Source: Ascidiaceihabitans sp. (GTDB lineage Bacteria; Pseudomonadota; Alphaproteobacteria; Rhodobacterales; Rhodobacteraceae). From it: 64,000 nt of DNA. The DNA is taken from the NCBI GenBank assembly GCA_028825475.1, contig JAPKAB010000009.1, positions 16,638 through 80,637 on the forward strand. The letters run 5' to 3'. Below are positions 8,338 to 19,511 of this stretch, piece by piece (position 1 is the stretch's first letter; each line of letters opens with the position of its first letter). The translations under genes were made by a program, and so were the position numbers. Below the pieces are notes generated by a model that was not told where the DNA came from, made no database searches, and saw only the letters and a list, made by a program, of their open reading frames with translations.

Positions 8338-8606
8338 TAGATCAAGCCCTTTAGGCCTGTTGCAGTTGTCCCCGTGACCAACACACGCGACACCCGCACC
8401 GGATAAATCACCCCGGCAGTTAGACCTGGCAATGTGATTGCGTCACCATTCTTCAAGACGACAGACACGTCTCCACCGCTTGCAAGGACGATGGCGCGTG
8501 TAACATTTGGAAGATCAACAACATCGTCAGGGGCGATATCAAACCCACCACAAATTGGGCTGCTAAGACCCGGTGTGAAATCGCCAAATGTATCTAAAAT
8601 GGTCAT
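8337..8606 (-). CDS. small beta-rich protein resembling the GTA head-spike base protein family (Rcc01079/GhsA-like)
   Basis: The 89-aa product MTILDTFGDF...LPNVTRAIVLASGGDVSVVLKNGDAITLPGLTAGVIYPVRVSRVLVTGTTATGLKGLI matches, from memory, the pattern of the Rcc01079-family spike base proteins (about 90 aa, ...TRAI...G.V.V......PVRV.RV.ATGTTA..I..L). Start moved to ATG 8606 because GGAGGA lies 7 nt upstream. The track start at 8621 adds 5 aa. Confidence 0.45.
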   Translation of the reverse strand: MTILDTFGDFTPGLSSPICGGFDIAPDDVVDLPNVTRAIVLASGGDVSVVLKNGDAITLPGLTAGVIYPVRVSRVLVTGTTATGLKGLI

Positions 8607-8739
8607 AAAATCTTCCTCCATGAATGTTCACATCAACATCATTCAAGGAAGTTTATGCATCGTTAAGGCACCGTTCGATGCCAATTCAATCGGTCTTTTC
8701 GACCACCAGATTTATGTCTGATGGCCGAATAATTAGTCC

Positions 8740-11709
8740 TTAACCGTGTTCAGGGATCAAGATTTCGCGTTTACCAACATGGTTCGCAGCAGACACAAGG
8801 CCCTGATCTTCCATCTGTTCAACAAGCCTTGCTGCTTTGTTATACCCAATCGCCAGTTTGCGTTGGATATAGCTGGTGGAACACTTGCGATCCTTTGCAA
8901 CGATGGCAACAGCGGTGTCGTAAAGCGCGTCCTCACCGTCAGTATTCCCACCCAAACCAAGGACAGCATCAATACTGTTTTCTTTGTCTTCATCCGGCCC
9001 TTCGACAACACCGTTGATGTAGTCAGGTGCACCAAACGCTTTCAGGTGGTTCACGATTTCTTCGACTTCTTCATCGCTTACAAACGGGCCGTGGCAACGC
9101 GTAATCTTTGCACCGCCAGCCATGTACAACATGTCACCCATACCCAAAAGCTGCTCTGCACCCATTTCACCAAGGATGGTACGGCTGTCGATTTTTGAGG
9201 TCACTTGGAACGAAATCCGCGTTGGGAAGTTCGCCTTAATCGTACCTGTAATAACATCCACAGACGGACGCTGTGTCGCCATAATCAAGTGAATGCCAGA
9301 AGCACGTGCCATCTGTGCAAGACGCTGGATACAGGCTTCGATTTCTTTACCAGCCACCATCATAAGGTCGGCCATCTCATCTACAATCACGACGATATAG
9401 GGCAGCGCCTCTGGTGTTGTCTCTTCTGTCTCGAATATCGGCTCACCCGTATCTTCGTCAAAACCAGTTTGAACGGTACGGCTAAACAGCTCACCTTTGG
9501 CCAATGCTTCACGCACACGACCGTTATAACCTTCGATGTTACGAACGCCCATTTTAGACATCTTGCGATAGCGCTCTTCCATCTCGCCAACAGTCCATTT
9601 TAGAGCCACCACAGCCTTTTTAGGGTCTGTTACAACTGGGGACAGCAGATGCGGGATGCCGTCATAAACCGACAATTCCAGCATCTTCGGATCAATCATG
9701 ATCATGCGGCATTCCTGCGGCGTCAGTTTGTAAAGCAATGACAAGATCATCGTGTTAATCGCAACTGATTTACCGGAACCCGTGGTACCAGCGATAAGAA
9801 GGTGAGGCATCTTAGCAAGGTTCGCTACCATGCTATCGCCACCAATGTCTTTTCCCAAAGCAAGTGGCAGGCGCATGTTGCTATCACCAAAATCGCGGCT
9901 CGACAAAATTTCACGCAGCACAACTTTTTCGCGGTGCTCGTTCGGCAGCTCGATACCAATAACAGAGCGACCAGGAACAGTTGAAACACGTGCAGACAAG
10001 GCTGCCATTGAACGGGCAATATCGTCAGCCAAACCTATGACTCGGCTGGCTTTTAAACCCGGTGCAGGCTCAAGTTCATACATGGTAACAACAGGACCAG
10101 GGCGCACAGAAACGATTTCACCTTTGACGCCGTAATCGTCCAGCACGTTTTCAAGCATGCGTGCATTTTCTTCCAATGCCTCGTCACTCAAATGCTGATG
10201 TTGAACATCGTCTGCACTCTCCAACAAGTTAAGCGGCGGCAATTCGAATGCTGGGCGTTTGTCTTCAAACGATAAACTAGGCTGCGCTTCGGCTTTCGCA
10301 CGCGCGCTTGGTTGAACAGATTTACGAATAGGTTGCTGTACAACTTTGCGTGGCTCCGCCACTGGGATCGACATTGGATGCGGCGCGGCTTGTGGTGTTG
10401 GCGTCTGGATCGCAGCTTGCGTTGGTGTTGCGGTTTCAATTCTTGGTGCTACTGGAACCGGAGCAACAGGCACAGGTGCGACCAAAGGCGGCTCAGCACG
10501 AAGCGAAGAGATCGCCGCATCTGGAGAGGTCATTGGTGGCTCTGGTGGCAATTCAAATTGATCAACAAAGATATTTTGTTCTGGTGTTGGCTGAGTGTTC
10601 AAAACCAACGGATCAGGTCCACGACCGAGGCCCTTGGTCAACGGCGCAACAGAATCGATCTGAATAGATGGGTTTGAGCGAACGCGAGATTGAATAACCC
10701 CAGCGATTTTCGCCTTGATACGATCATCGTCAGGTGCATCGATATCGTTATCGTAAGTGAACGTCTCAATCAATTCAGATTCAGGCATTTCCTGAACAAC
10801 AGGTTCTGCACGTTTGATCAGTGATGGCATACGAGCAAGCAGACCCGTTTTTACTTCAGGCTCCGCATATGCAGCAGGCTCTTGATACATCGGGTCAGGT
10901 GTCTGTCCAACATAGGGGTCAGCGTAGGCGCTTGCAGATGGTACAGCGGCAACAGCAGCTTGATAAGCAGCAGCTTCATCCGCTTCAACACGGTGGCGTT
11001 CCTTACGATCTGCATTGCGTGCCTGCAAATCACGTGCAGCAAGAACGGCAGAATTAGCGCCTTTGCCCAACAACGTCATGAGGCCAGCATAAAGCATGAT
11101 CAGACCGATCAATAGGAAACGACCCGTGCGCATCAACTCAGGCTTCGTAAAGCCCAAGACAAATGCACCAAGCGCAAGGATACCAACACCCAATATCAAA
11201 GACATGAGTTTAATTGCAAACGACGATCCTAACGGAAGTACAGTCAGGATTGCGCCCATAACAGTATCACCGAATAATCCGCCCAATCCAAAGCTGTGCG
11301 TTTGCAACCATACCTGGCCAGGCTCTAGAGTTGCGCCATAAATAGAGACCAACGCGACTGCAATCGGTGCAAAGATCAAACGCCCAACGGCACGTTCTTG
11401 GCCAAAGTGCATTGCAAAACGTGCACCCCATGCCAACAAAACTGCAGCAATCGCCCATGCGCCCAAACCGACGATCATAAACAATGGCGCGGCAATAGAT
11501 GCACCAGAACGGCCCAACCAATTTTGAACCTGCGCGTCAGTAGAAACCATCCAGTTTGGATCATCCGGCGTATAGCTAAAAATCATCGCCGCAGCCATCA
11601 AGCCAACGATAATCAACGCAATGCCGATCAGCTCTTTGCCGCGTTTCTCGATGGCTTCGGCCATGTTGCTGTCTAGCAATGGATCGCGCCCGCGTGTCTG
11701 ATATGCCAT
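8740..11709 (-). CDS. ftsK: DNA translocase FtsK
   Basis: 989 aa. N-terminal TM segments, a Pro/Ala/Gln-rich linker, motor domain with Walker [12 protein letters not shown] and Walker [12 protein letters not shown], and a C-terminal gamma domain ([24 protein letters not shown]). Confidence 0.97.
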   Translation of the reverse strand: MAYQTRGRDPLLDSNMAEAIEKRGKELIGIALIIVGLMAAAMIFSYTPDDPNWMVSTDAQVQNWLGRSGASIAAPLFMIVGLGAWAIAAVLLAWGARFAMHFGQERAVGRLIFAPIAVALVSIYGATLEPGQVWLQTHSFGLGGLFGDTVMGAILTVLPLGSSFAIKLMSLILGVGILALGAFVLGFTKPELMRTGRFLLIGLIMLYAGLMTLLGKGANSAVLAARDLQARNADRKERHRVEADEAAAYQAAVAAVPSASAYADPYVGQTPDPMYQEPAAYAEPEVKTGLLARMPSLIKRAEPVVQEMPESELIETFTYDNDIDAPDDDRIKAKIAGVIQSRVRSNPSIQIDSVAPLTKGLGRGPDPLVLNTQPTPEQNIFVDQFELPPEPPMTSPDAAISSLRAEPPLVAPVPVAPVPVAPRIETATPTQAAIQTPTPQAAPHPMSIPVAEPRKVVQQPIRKSVQPSARAKAEAQPSLSFEDKRPAFELPPLNLLESADDVQHQHLSDEALEENARMLENVLDDYGVKGEIVSVRPGPVVTMYELEPAPGLKASRVIGLADDIARSMAALSARVSTVPGRSVIGIELPNEHREKVVLREILSSRDFGDSNMRLPLALGKDIGGDSMVANLAKMPHLLIAGTTGSGKSVAINTMILSLLYKLTPQECRMIMIDPKMLELSVYDGIPHLLSPVVTDPKKAVVALKWTVGEMEERYRKMSKMGVRNIEGYNGRVREALAKGELFSRTVQTGFDEDTGEPIFETEETTPEALPYIVVIVDEMADLMMVAGKEIEACIQRLAQMARASGIHLIMATQRPSVDVITGTIKANFPTRISFQVTSKIDSRTILGEMGAEQLLGMGDMLYMAGGAKITRCHGPFVSDEEVEEIVNHLKAFGAPDYINGVVEGPDEDKENSIDAVLGLGGNTDGEDALYDTAVAIVAKDRKCSTSYIQRKLAIGYNKAARLVEQMEDQGLVSAANHVGKREILIPEHG

Positions 11710-11729
11710 GTTACTACCTCGCCTAATTT

Positions 11730-12917
11730 TTATTGTGGATAAAGACAGTCACGGATCGCTTGGATCCCTCGTGTCATTTCCACTTTTGGAGCCACTATAG
11801 CAACCCGAATATATCCTGTACCGGGGTTAACCCCGTCAACGTCTTGCGCCAAATACGCACCAGGCAGCACACGCACGCCTGTCTCTTTCCATAACTTCAA
11901 TGCAGCCGCTTCGCCGTCTTCAACTGGCAGCCACAAAAAGAACCCAGCCTCTGGGCTGACGTATCCCAGCACGTCACCAAGGATGCTGTCCACAATCGCA
12001 AACTTTTCTTGATACAGCGCACGGTTTTCTGCAACATGCTCTTCGTCGCTCCAAACCGCCGCCGCTGCCATCTGCAAAGGCAGTGGCAATGGTGTGCCGG
12101 CATAAGTGCGCAATTGACGGATCTCATCCATCGTCTTTGGACCGCCAGTCACAAAGCCAGAGCGCAAACCCGGTAGGTTTGAACGTTTGGACAGCGAGTG
12201 GAACGCAACGACCCGTTCAGGATCAGCGCCCATCTCTGCTGCCACTTCCAATGCGCCAATAGGTGGCGTGTCTCTATAAATCTCGGAATAACATTCATCC
12301 GCAAAAATACGGAAATCGTGTTTTTCTGCCAATGTTAGCAATTCAGTCCAATACGCCCGATCCGCAACTGCACCCTGAGGGTTGGCGGGGGAGCAGATAT
12401 AGACAGCGACCGTGCGATCCAAAATCTCAACCGGTTGGCTTGCATAATCTGGCAGGTAATTGGTCTCAGCCGTGGCATCCACAAAAATTGGGTCTGCACC
12501 CGATGAAATGCTGGCAAGCATGTAAACTTGATAAAACGGGTTCGGCATCAAAACGACAGGACGTTGACCGTTCTTGGTTTCAGGGCACAATGCCATCGGG
12601 GCGTTGTACAAACCTTCGCGAGTGCCATTCACAGGCATCACATTTGTCTCAGGGTCTAGGGTTAAACCGTAGCGACGCTGCGCCCAATCACAGAATGCTT
12701 GGCGCAATTCAATTGCACCTTCATTTGGTGGATACCGGTTAAACCCAGCGGCATGTTCAGAAATCACGTCGGTGACCCACGCTGGAAACGCGTGCTTGGG
12801 TTCGCCAATCGTCATGTGGACTACATCGCCGCCCGCATCATGTACGTCTAACAACGCACGCAAACGTGGGAACGCATAAGCCGGAAGGTTCGAAAACCGC
12901 TCAGGAAACTTCATCAA
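11730..12917 (-). CDS. class I/II PLP-dependent aminotransferase (DapC-like)
   Basis: The N-terminal [15 protein letters not shown], the [18 protein letters not shown]-lysine region and NPANPQG are typical of this fold type. Confidence 0.8.
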   Translation of the reverse strand: MMKFPERFSNLPAYAFPRLRALLDVHDAGGDVVHMTIGEPKHAFPAWVTDVISEHAAGFNRYPPNEGAIELRQAFCDWAQRRYGLTLDPETNVMPVNGTREGLYNAPMALCPETKNGQRPVVLMPNPFYQVYMLASISSGADPIFVDATAETNYLPDYASQPVEILDRTVAVYICSPANPQGAVADRAYWTELLTLAEKHDFRIFADECYSEIYRDTPPIGALEVAAEMGADPERVVAFHSLSKRSNLPGLRSGFVTGGPKTMDEIRQLRTYAGTPLPLPLQMAAAAVWSDEEHVAENRALYQEKFAIVDSILGDVLGYVSPEAGFFLWLPVEDGEAAALKLWKETGVRVLPGAYLAQDVDGVNPGTGYIRVAIVAPKVEMTRGIQAIRDCLYPQ

Positions 12918-13043
12918 AACTGCCTCAGGATCGGGATCATTATTGCCCCGTTTCTTCCAAACTACCCAACCGAACGGCTTTCGTCCAGAAAAACAAAGAC
13001 CTAGGCAGCGTTATGTGGCTTTTGAGTCATCACTATTTTGAAA

Positions 13044-14372
13044 TCAGGACAATGCCGCTTCTGCCGCCGCACCAATCCGCAACAATTTCTCTTCTAAATC
13101 AGGGCCACACATAAACATGATCCCACAACTCGGAACGCCTGTTGGAAGGGTCAAACCACACAATCCTAGCAAATTTCCAACGCGTGTGTTGCGCAGGGAA
13201 AGCAGGTTTTCGGTGACGTAATAGTCCTCTTCAGCGTTCAAACGATCCAAATTCGGGGGCATAATTGCTGATGTTGGCGCAAGTACAGCCTCATATCCTG
13301 CAGTTGCAGCATTATATGCAGCCCGTACTTCCTCCAGTTTATTCACCGCAGCCACATAATCTGCAGCGCTATGCTCTGCACCCAAACGGAACCGTTTTAG
13401 GATTTCCGGGTACATTACATCTGGATTCTCTTCGATAACATCTTTCCACTGACCATAGGCCTGCGAGGTCATCAAAATCGTAGATAGGTTCAAAGATTCT
13501 TGAACCGCTGGCACGTCGATATATTCAATCACCGCACCGACGGCTTGCATGCGCTGAACAGCGCTTTCAAACGCTGCCTTTGGTGCATCACGCAAATCAT
13601 CCATCATGGTGGTGCGCACAATCGCAAACTTGCGGCCCTTTAATGTAGCGCCGCGCAAATCAGGGGCCTTACTGCCGTCCATCACTGCAAACAGCTCCGC
13701 CGCATCCTCAACGGATCGGGTTAATGGACCCACCGTGTCAAATTTTAGCGACAACGGAACGACGCCCTTTAATGACAACCGCCCCGCTGTGGTTTTCAAT
13801 CCAACCAGATCATTCCACGCCGCAGGAATACGAACAGAACCACCTGTGTCAGACCCTATTCCAGCAGCCGCAATATTAAATGCAACCGAAGCGCCAGCAC
13901 CAGATGAGGACCCACCGGGAACAGCGTCCAGATCATTCACACAAGGAGGCGTTTCGGTCGAGGGATTATAACCCAATCCTGAAAACGCCAATTCGCTCAT
14001 ATGGGTTTTACCCAAACAAACCAATCCCATAGCGGTGGCATTCGCTATTACGACGGCATCCACGTCTGGGACGCGGCCACTTAACAGTTTCGACCCTGCT
14101 TCGGTCCCAACACCTGCTGTATCAAACAAGTCTTTCCAACTGATCGGCACACCGTCCAGTAGGGACAAACGATGCCCTGACTTGGCCCGATCAGCGGCGG
14201 CTATCGCCTCTGACAATGCCCGTTCTGAAGTAACCCGCGCATAAATCTGGTTCACAAATTGATGGCCGTTGATCGCATCCAAATAGGTTTGGGCCAAAGC
14301 AACAGGATCAATCTCCCTTGCCTCAATACCACGTCCCAAATCGCACGCTGTCATTGTTAGCCAGTCATTCAT
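13044..14372 (-). CDS. amidase (amidase-signature family)
   Basis: AS-family motif GGSSSGAGASVA and GSDTGGSVRIPAA. Start moved to ATG 14372 (AGGAG 7 nt upstream). Confidence 0.85.
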   Translation of the reverse strand: MNDWLTMTACDLGRGIEAREIDPVALAQTYLDAINGHQFVNQIYARVTSERALSEAIAAADRAKSGHRLSLLDGVPISWKDLFDTAGVGTEAGSKLLSGRVPDVDAVVIANATAMGLVCLGKTHMSELAFSGLGYNPSTETPPCVNDLDAVPGGSSSGAGASVAFNIAAAGIGSDTGGSVRIPAAWNDLVGLKTTAGRLSLKGVVPLSLKFDTVGPLTRSVEDAAELFAVMDGSKAPDLRGATLKGRKFAIVRTTMMDDLRDAPKAAFESAVQRMQAVGAVIEYIDVPAVQESLNLSTILMTSQAYGQWKDVIEENPDVMYPEILKRFRLGAEHSAADYVAAVNKLEEVRAAYNAATAGYEAVLAPTSAIMPPNLDRLNAEEDYYVTENLLSLRNTRVGNLLGLCGLTLPTGVPSCGIMFMCGPDLEEKLLRIGAAAEAALS

Positions 14373-14458
14373 ATTGCCGCTCCTGCAAACCATTTAATCG
14401 AAGGGTAGCGACGCAACCACGCATGGACAATCCCCGTAAGCTCCCCATATCTATAACT

Positions 14459-15673
14459 ATGAAATTTGACACAGACATAACCATCGTAGGTGGCGGGCTG
14501 AATGGCCCCATCTTGGCAATCGCTCTTGCACGCGCAGGGATCACCACAACCGTCATTGACGCGCTGACAACTAAGGTGCGCAAGAATGCTGCCTTCGACG
14601 GGCGGTCCTACGCCGTCGCGCTGACCTCGGAACGTCTGTTAAAGAACATCGGCCTTTGGGATGCGCTGAGAGACGATGCCCAGCCGATGTTAGAGATCAA
14701 AGTCACCGATGGACGCGCGGGCGAAGGCCCCTCCCCTTTCTTCATGCACTTCGATCATGCAGAGATTGAGGATGGTCCAATGGGCTACATGGTCCAAGAT
14801 CGGCACCTGCGCCGCACCTTGTTGGAAGCAATGGCCGAAAATCCCTTGATCAAGCACCTTGAGGGCCAAACCGTCACCAACCAAGTCGTTGAGGGCGCTG
14901 GCGTCACTGTCACTCTTGAAAGCGGAAAAACATTGACCTCCCGCAGTCTAATCGGCTGCGATGGCCGTGGCAGCGGGACCGCAACACGCGCTAAAATCAA
15001 ACGCATCGGTTGGGGATATGGTCAAACCGCATTGGTCTGCGCCATTGAACATGAAAAACCACACGGCGGCATCGCACATCAGTTCTTCATGCCAACGGGT
15101 CCACTTGCGATCTTGCCCCTGACTGGCAATCGCAGTTCCATCGTTTGGAGCGAGAGCGAGGCGAATGCCACCGCCTTTAACGCGCTCAATGACGAAGATT
15201 ACCTAACCATGCTGCGCCCGCGGTTTGGCGATTTCTTGGGTGAAATTTCGCTCACTGGTACACGCTATTCCTACCCGCTTTCACTTTCGATGACACAGCA
15301 ACTGGTTACAGATCGCACAGCCCTTGTGGGTGATGCAGCCCACGGTCTGCACCCGATTGCAGGCCAAGGATTGAACGCAGGAATGCGCGACATCGCAGCG
15401 TTGGTTCAAATCATCACAGAGGCGCAAAACCGTGGTGAAGACTACGGCAGCCTTGCGGTTCTCAAGCGGTACGAAGAATGGCGCCGGTTCGACAACACCG
15501 CGCTTGCGTTGGCAACGGATACATTCAACAAGCTGTTTTCAAACAACAATCCATTGCTGCGTTTGGGCCGTGATCTAGGAATGGGTTTGATCAATAAAAT
15601 GCCAAACTTGCGTCGCGGGTTTATGCGCGAAGCGGCTGGATTAAGTGGCGATCTGCCTGATCTGATGCGTTAG
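14459..15673 (+). CDS. UbiH/UbiF/VisC/COQ6-family FAD-dependent ubiquinone-biosynthesis hydroxylase
   Basis: FAD fingerprint DITIVGGGLNGP, DGRGS, and LVGDAAHGLHPIAGQGLNAGMRD. True start is ATG 14459. The track start at 14318 runs into the divergent amidase. Confidence 0.85.
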   Translation: MKFDTDITIVGGGLNGPILAIALARAGITTTVIDALTTKVRKNAAFDGRSYAVALTSERLLKNIGLWDALRDDAQPMLEIKVTDGRAGEGPSPFFMHFDHAEIEDGPMGYMVQDRHLRRTLLEAMAENPLIKHLEGQTVTNQVVEGAGVTVTLESGKTLTSRSLIGCDGRGSGTATRAKIKRIGWGYGQTALVCAIEHEKPHGGIAHQFFMPTGPLAILPLTGNRSSIVWSESEANATAFNALNDEDYLTMLRPRFGDFLGEISLTGTRYSYPLSLSMTQQLVTDRTALVGDAAHGLHPIAGQGLNAGMRDIAALVQIITEAQNRGEDYGSLAVLKRYEEWRRFDNTALALATDTFNKLFSNNNPLLRLGRDLGMGLINKMPNLRRGFMREAAGLSGDLPDLMR

Positions 15674-15856
15674 TTAGTCTAACTTGCGCGCTTCATCCAC
15701 CAGCATCACAGGGATGCCATTGCGGATGGGGTACGCCAGGTTTGCAGCTTTTGAAATCAATTCCTGCGCGTCAGCATCATAGCGCAATGTTGTTTGCGTA
15801 CGCGGGCAAATTAGTGCTTCTAACATGCTACGCTCGGCTTTGGTTTCAGTGCTCAC
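15674..15856 (-). CDS. Trm112 family protein (UPF0434/YcaR)
   Basis: 60 aa. LEALICPRT...[18 protein letters not shown] is the canonical Trm112/YcaR pattern. Confidence 0.8.
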   Translation of the reverse strand: MSTETKAERSMLEALICPRTQTTLRYDADAQELISKAANLAYPIRNGIPVMLVDEARKLD

Positions 15857-16497
15857 TGCATCATATCTCCGTCTAGGCCACCGCGCAGGGTGTATTCAAT
15901 TAGGGTCACAAGTGTCTCGCGACGTGTGCTTAGGCAAGGTGCCTCAAGCAACGCTTGTTTTTCTTCGGCGTCAAAGTCCATCATCATCGAAAGCGAATTG
16001 ATCAACAACTCATCTTCGGCGTCATCTAAGGTGTCCCAATCTGCAGAAAGTCCTTTGGCATCAAAGAACTTGTTCAGCTTTTTCAGGAAAGCAGAACGAT
16101 CAAAAACCAGATCGTCTTCGACATCACCAAGATCGCGCTCAAACCCTGCCCAGCTGACTTCGCAGCGGCGATAAGGCGTAAACCCTTCAACTTCGTTGAG
16201 CACCCGAAAGCGCGACACGCCCCCAAGCGTAATCATATAGCTGCCGCCCTCAGTCTCTGAGAACTGCGTAATACGACCCACGCAACCTATCGAATGCAGA
16301 CCCATATCATCACGGCCCTCAACCTCGTTTGGCTGAACCATCCCAATCAATCGATCATCCGTTTTAAGAGCATCATCAAACATTTGAAGGTAACGCGGCT
16401 CAAACAGGTTCAACGGCAAACGTGCACGCGGCAAAAGCAGCGCACCCGCTAAAGGGAACACAGGGATAATGTCGGGGAGATCAAAAGTTTTTATCAT
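15853..16497 (-). CDS. LON peptidase substrate-binding (Lon N-terminal) domain protein
   Basis: [29 protein letters not shown] is typical of stand-alone LON-N domain proteins. Shares a 4-nt overlap with the Trm112 gene. Confidence 0.8.
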   Translation of the reverse strand: MIKTFDLPDIIPVFPLAGALLLPRARLPLNLFEPRYLQMFDDALKTDDRLIGMVQPNEVEGRDDMGLHSIGCVGRITQFSETEGGSYMITLGGVSRFRVLNEVEGFTPYRRCEVSWAGFERDLGDVEDDLVFDRSAFLKKLNKFFDAKGLSADWDTLDDAEDELLINSLSMMMDFDAEEKQALLEAPCLSTRRETLVTLIEYTLRGGLDGDMMQ

Positions 16498-16524
16498 AAC
16501 ACCTCACCTAGCCCGACAACCTGA

Positions 16525-17445
16525 TCAGGCAAATATCAATGTGCTTAACTTGCGGCGCCCATTCAAAACAATCGGGTCATTTGCCTTCAGCGCATCAAAC
16601 ACTGTGAACAACTGTGTCTTAGCCGCGCCCTCGTTCCAATCGCGATCACGGCGGAACAATTCCAACAATTGGGTAACTGCACCCTCAGCATCGTCATTAG
16701 CATGTAACGCTAGCGCAAGATCAAAGCGTGCTTGATGATTGTTCTCATCTGCCTCAACAGCAGCGGTCAACTCGCCCACAGGGCCTGCATCCGCAGCTTG
16801 GCGTGCAAGCTCCAATTGGGCTGAAGCCGCTTCAAGCTCTGGGCTGGAAGAAATCTCTGCTGGGGCACCATTCAGCACAGCTTCGGCTTGATCCAGATCA
16901 CCCAATGCAATGTGGGACCGCACCAACCCGCCATAAGCACCAGCGTGGTTTGGATCTTCACCTAAGATCGCGCTAAACGTTTGCGCCGCATCATCTGCTT
17001 CGCCATCAGTTAACATATCTTCGGCCACTTCAACCGCATCGTTCAAAGTATCAGCTGGCGTTTCGCCACCACCTGCTTTGACAACACGCGCCACAAACTC
17101 ATTGATTTCAGACTGCGGTACTGCACCTTGAAAACCATCAACAGGCTTGCCTTCAAAAAACGCATAGACCGTTGGTAAAGACTGAATTTGCAACTGGCTC
17201 GTCAAGGCCTGACATTCGTCAGCGTTCACTTTAACCATCTTCACAGCACCTTTGACGGCGCGCACTGCATCTTCCAGCATCGGACCAAGGGTCTTGCACG
17301 GGCCACACCAAGGTGCCCAAAAATCGACGATCACAGGGACCGTATTCGACATCTCGATTACATCCGCCATAAACGTGGCTTCGGTTGCGTCCTTGATTAG
17401 ATCAGCATCCGCTGCTGGCGCTGCTGCCATTCCCAAATCAATCAT
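16525..17445 (-). CDS. thioredoxin-domain/TPR co-chaperone (YbbN/CnoX-like)
   Basis: N-terminal thioredoxin fold with WAPWCGPCK, followed by a TPR-like helical C-terminal half. Confidence 0.85.
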   Translation of the reverse strand: MIDLGMAAAPAADADLIKDATEATFMADVIEMSNTVPVIVDFWAPWCGPCKTLGPMLEDAVRAVKGAVKMVKVNADECQALTSQLQIQSLPTVYAFFEGKPVDGFQGAVPQSEINEFVARVVKAGGGETPADTLNDAVEVAEDMLTDGEADDAAQTFSAILGEDPNHAGAYGGLVRSHIALGDLDQAEAVLNGAPAEISSSPELEAASAQLELARQAADAGPVGELTAAVEADENNHQARFDLALALHANDDAEGAVTQLLELFRRDRDWNEGAAKTQLFTVFDALKANDPIVLNGRRKLSTLIFA

Positions 17446-17513
17446 CGTAAATTCCTTCCCCTATGGGGCTAGTCGTTAGGCTTGAACCCTATATGGGTTG
17501 GACCGGCCTAAAT

Positions 17514-18302
17514 TCAAAGATCAAATGTTGCAAAAACTGGTGCGTGGTCGCTGGGTTTTTCCCATCCACGTGCATCGCGCAACACACGACTGGAATGCGC
17601 AGAGGCGGAAATGTCGGACGTCGCCCACACGTGATCCAGACGACGGCCCTTATCAGCCGCATCCCAATCCTTAGCGCGGTAAGACCACCAGCTATACAAC
17701 AACCCTTCCGGAATATCCTGACGGGTCACATCGATCCAATCACCCGCAGCCATCACATCATTAAAGTGGTCGACCTCAACCTGCGTGTGGCTAACGATCT
17801 TCAGCATCTTTTTGTGATCCCAAACATCGTGGGGCAGCGGTGCAATGTTCAAATCACCTACAAGAATAGACTTCTTAGGCTTGTTCGCCTTGAACCAATC
17901 GCGCATCTCAGTCAGGTAATCCAACTTTTGACCAAACTTTTCGTTCACTTCGCGATCAGGCTTGTCACCCCCCGCAGGGACGTAAAAGTTATGGATCGTC
18001 ACGCCGTTTTCAAGACGTCCAGCAATGTGACGCGCATGACCAAGTAATGCGAAATCCTCAGCAGCCACTTCCTCAATCGGCATCTTGGACAAGATCATAA
18101 CGCCGTTATAACCCTTCTGACCACGAGCGACGAAATAAGGATATCCAGCCTCTGCAAAGCCCTCCATCGGGATCAAATCCACAGGGCTTTTACATTCTTG
18201 TAGGCACAGCACATCAGGCCCCTGCTCTTGCAAAAGCTTCAGCACAATCGGCTCACGCAGGCGGACTGAATTGATGTTCCAAGTGGCTAGGGTAAATGAC
18301 AT
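17514..18302 (-). CDS. xthA: exodeoxyribonuclease III
   Basis: Family motifs WNINSVR, CLQE, GDLNIAP and SDHAPV. Confidence 0.92.
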   Translation of the reverse strand: MSFTLATWNINSVRLREPIVLKLLQEQGPDVLCLQECKSPVDLIPMEGFAEAGYPYFVARGQKGYNGVMILSKMPIEEVAAEDFALLGHARHIAGRLENGVTIHNFYVPAGGDKPDREVNEKFGQKLDYLTEMRDWFKANKPKKSILVGDLNIAPLPHDVWDHKKMLKIVSHTQVEVDHFNDVMAAGDWIDVTRQDIPEGLLYSWWSYRAKDWDAADKGRRLDHVWATSDISASAHSSRVLRDARGWEKPSDHAPVFATFDL

Positions 18303-18368
18303 ATCGCGTCCCTTCAGGCTGTAATTGTGGGCAACTTACGCCGCCCACGACCTGAACGCCATAATCAA

Positions 18369-19346
18369 TTAGATGCCGTTGGGGGCAATAAGGACTTTAC
18401 CACTACGTCCACCAGCCCATGAGTAACGGGCCGCCTCTGCGATTTCATCCAAGGCAAAGACCTTGTCGATAGGGGCATGTAGTTCGCCCTTCGCAACCGC
18501 CGCCGTTAGCGCAGCATAAACACCCATACGTTCCTCTTTCGTGGCTTTTTCGAACCACAAAACCAACCAGAACCCACGCACGATGATATCATTAAAAATC
18601 AGCGCGCCTGCCCCGAGGGCAGAGGGCTGATTGGACATCCCACCATAATTGACCAAGGTCCCGCCACGTTCCAGCGTATCCGCCAAACGCCCCGCGGTTT
18701 CACCGGCCACTGCATCAACAGCCAGCTTCATCTTGGAACCAGTTGCCGCCTTTACGTCTCTCGCCAAATCAGGGCTATCGATGATCACAACATCCGCACC
18801 AACGGCTTTCAAATCGGCCACGGCGCTTTCGCGGCGCACTACACTCACCACATTTACGCCGCGCGCTTTGGCCAGTTGGACAAGGTAAACACCAACAGCA
18901 GAGTTTGCAGCAGATTGGATCATCCAATCGCCTGCTTTCAGATCAACAAACTCAGTCAGCAAAAGTTGCGCTGTCGCCGGATTGACCATCAGCATGCACA
19001 ATTGATCCAAATCGCCTTCCGGCATCGGGATCAAATGACGAATGTCAGCCACGATTTCCGTAACCCACGTGCCAACGCCAGCAGGCAATAGCACCAACTG
19101 ACCCACGGCGATACCTGCACCATTCACCTCAACAACGCGGCCCAATCCCTCATTCCCTGCAGTGGCAGGCAGCGGTGGACGCACACCGTAGTTTCCAGAA
19201 ATTTGGATCAAATCGCTTGGATTGATCGGCGCACGCAACACATCAACGCGGGCCTGCCCATCCTTCAAGACCGCTTGCGGTTCTTCCACCACTTTGAGCA
19301 CTTCGACTGGGTTGCCAAACTCTTCATAGATCGCTTTTTTCATCAC
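18369..19346 (-). CDS. MDR-family NAD(P)H-dependent enoyl reductase / quinone oxidoreductase-like dehydrogenase
   Basis: INPSDL, GNEGLGRVVEV and the AANSAVG nucleotide-binding motif. Length and layout resemble ETR1/MECR-type reductases. Confidence 0.7.
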   Translation of the reverse strand: MMKKAIYEEFGNPVEVLKVVEEPQAVLKDGQARVDVLRAPINPSDLIQISGNYGVRPPLPATAGNEGLGRVVEVNGAGIAVGQLVLLPAGVGTWVTEIVADIRHLIPMPEGDLDQLCMLMVNPATAQLLLTEFVDLKAGDWMIQSAANSAVGVYLVQLAKARGVNVVSVVRRESAVADLKAVGADVVIIDSPDLARDVKAATGSKMKLAVDAVAGETAGRLADTLERGGTLVNYGGMSNQPSALGAGALIFNDIIVRGFWLVLWFEKATKEERMGVYAALTAAVAKGELHAPIDKVFALDEIAEAARYSWAGGRSGKVLIAPNGI

Positions 19347-19511
19347 GCTGTCCTTGGATTATTTGAACCAACAATGCCGACAGACATCACGGGATACCAT
19401 CCGAAACCTGACGTCATCTGCCTAACCATTTAACGCAAAAAGACCGGTCACAAAGGTCCGGCCCAGTTTTGGGAGGTGCACGTTTTAACCCGAACGTGCC
19501 GCGGTAACTGT

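Noticed and set aside
8660-8680. A possible CtrA box upstream of the spike-base-like gene (TTAAGGCACCGTTCG).
   Set aside because: Only one TTAA half-site is present and the second half reads TTCG. That is too weak to call without a position-weight-matrix scan and conservation data.
10430-10480. The tandem PVAPV repeat in the FtsK linker considered as a DNA-level tandem repeat.
   Set aside because: The repeated peptide units are encoded by different synonymous codons (GCA CCT GTG CCT GTT / GCT CCG GTT CCA GTA). It is a protein-level low-complexity linker, not a nucleotide repeat or slippage tract.
14318-14458. Long N-terminal extensions in the ORF track, for example 14318, 20227, 34256, 57663, 45038, 22673, 40033 and 1719.
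   Set aside because: The extensions overlap divergent genes, terminators or operator-like repeats. They also lack family-typical sequence. Internal starts with Shine-Dalgarno motifs reproduce the expected N-termini, so I trimmed them.
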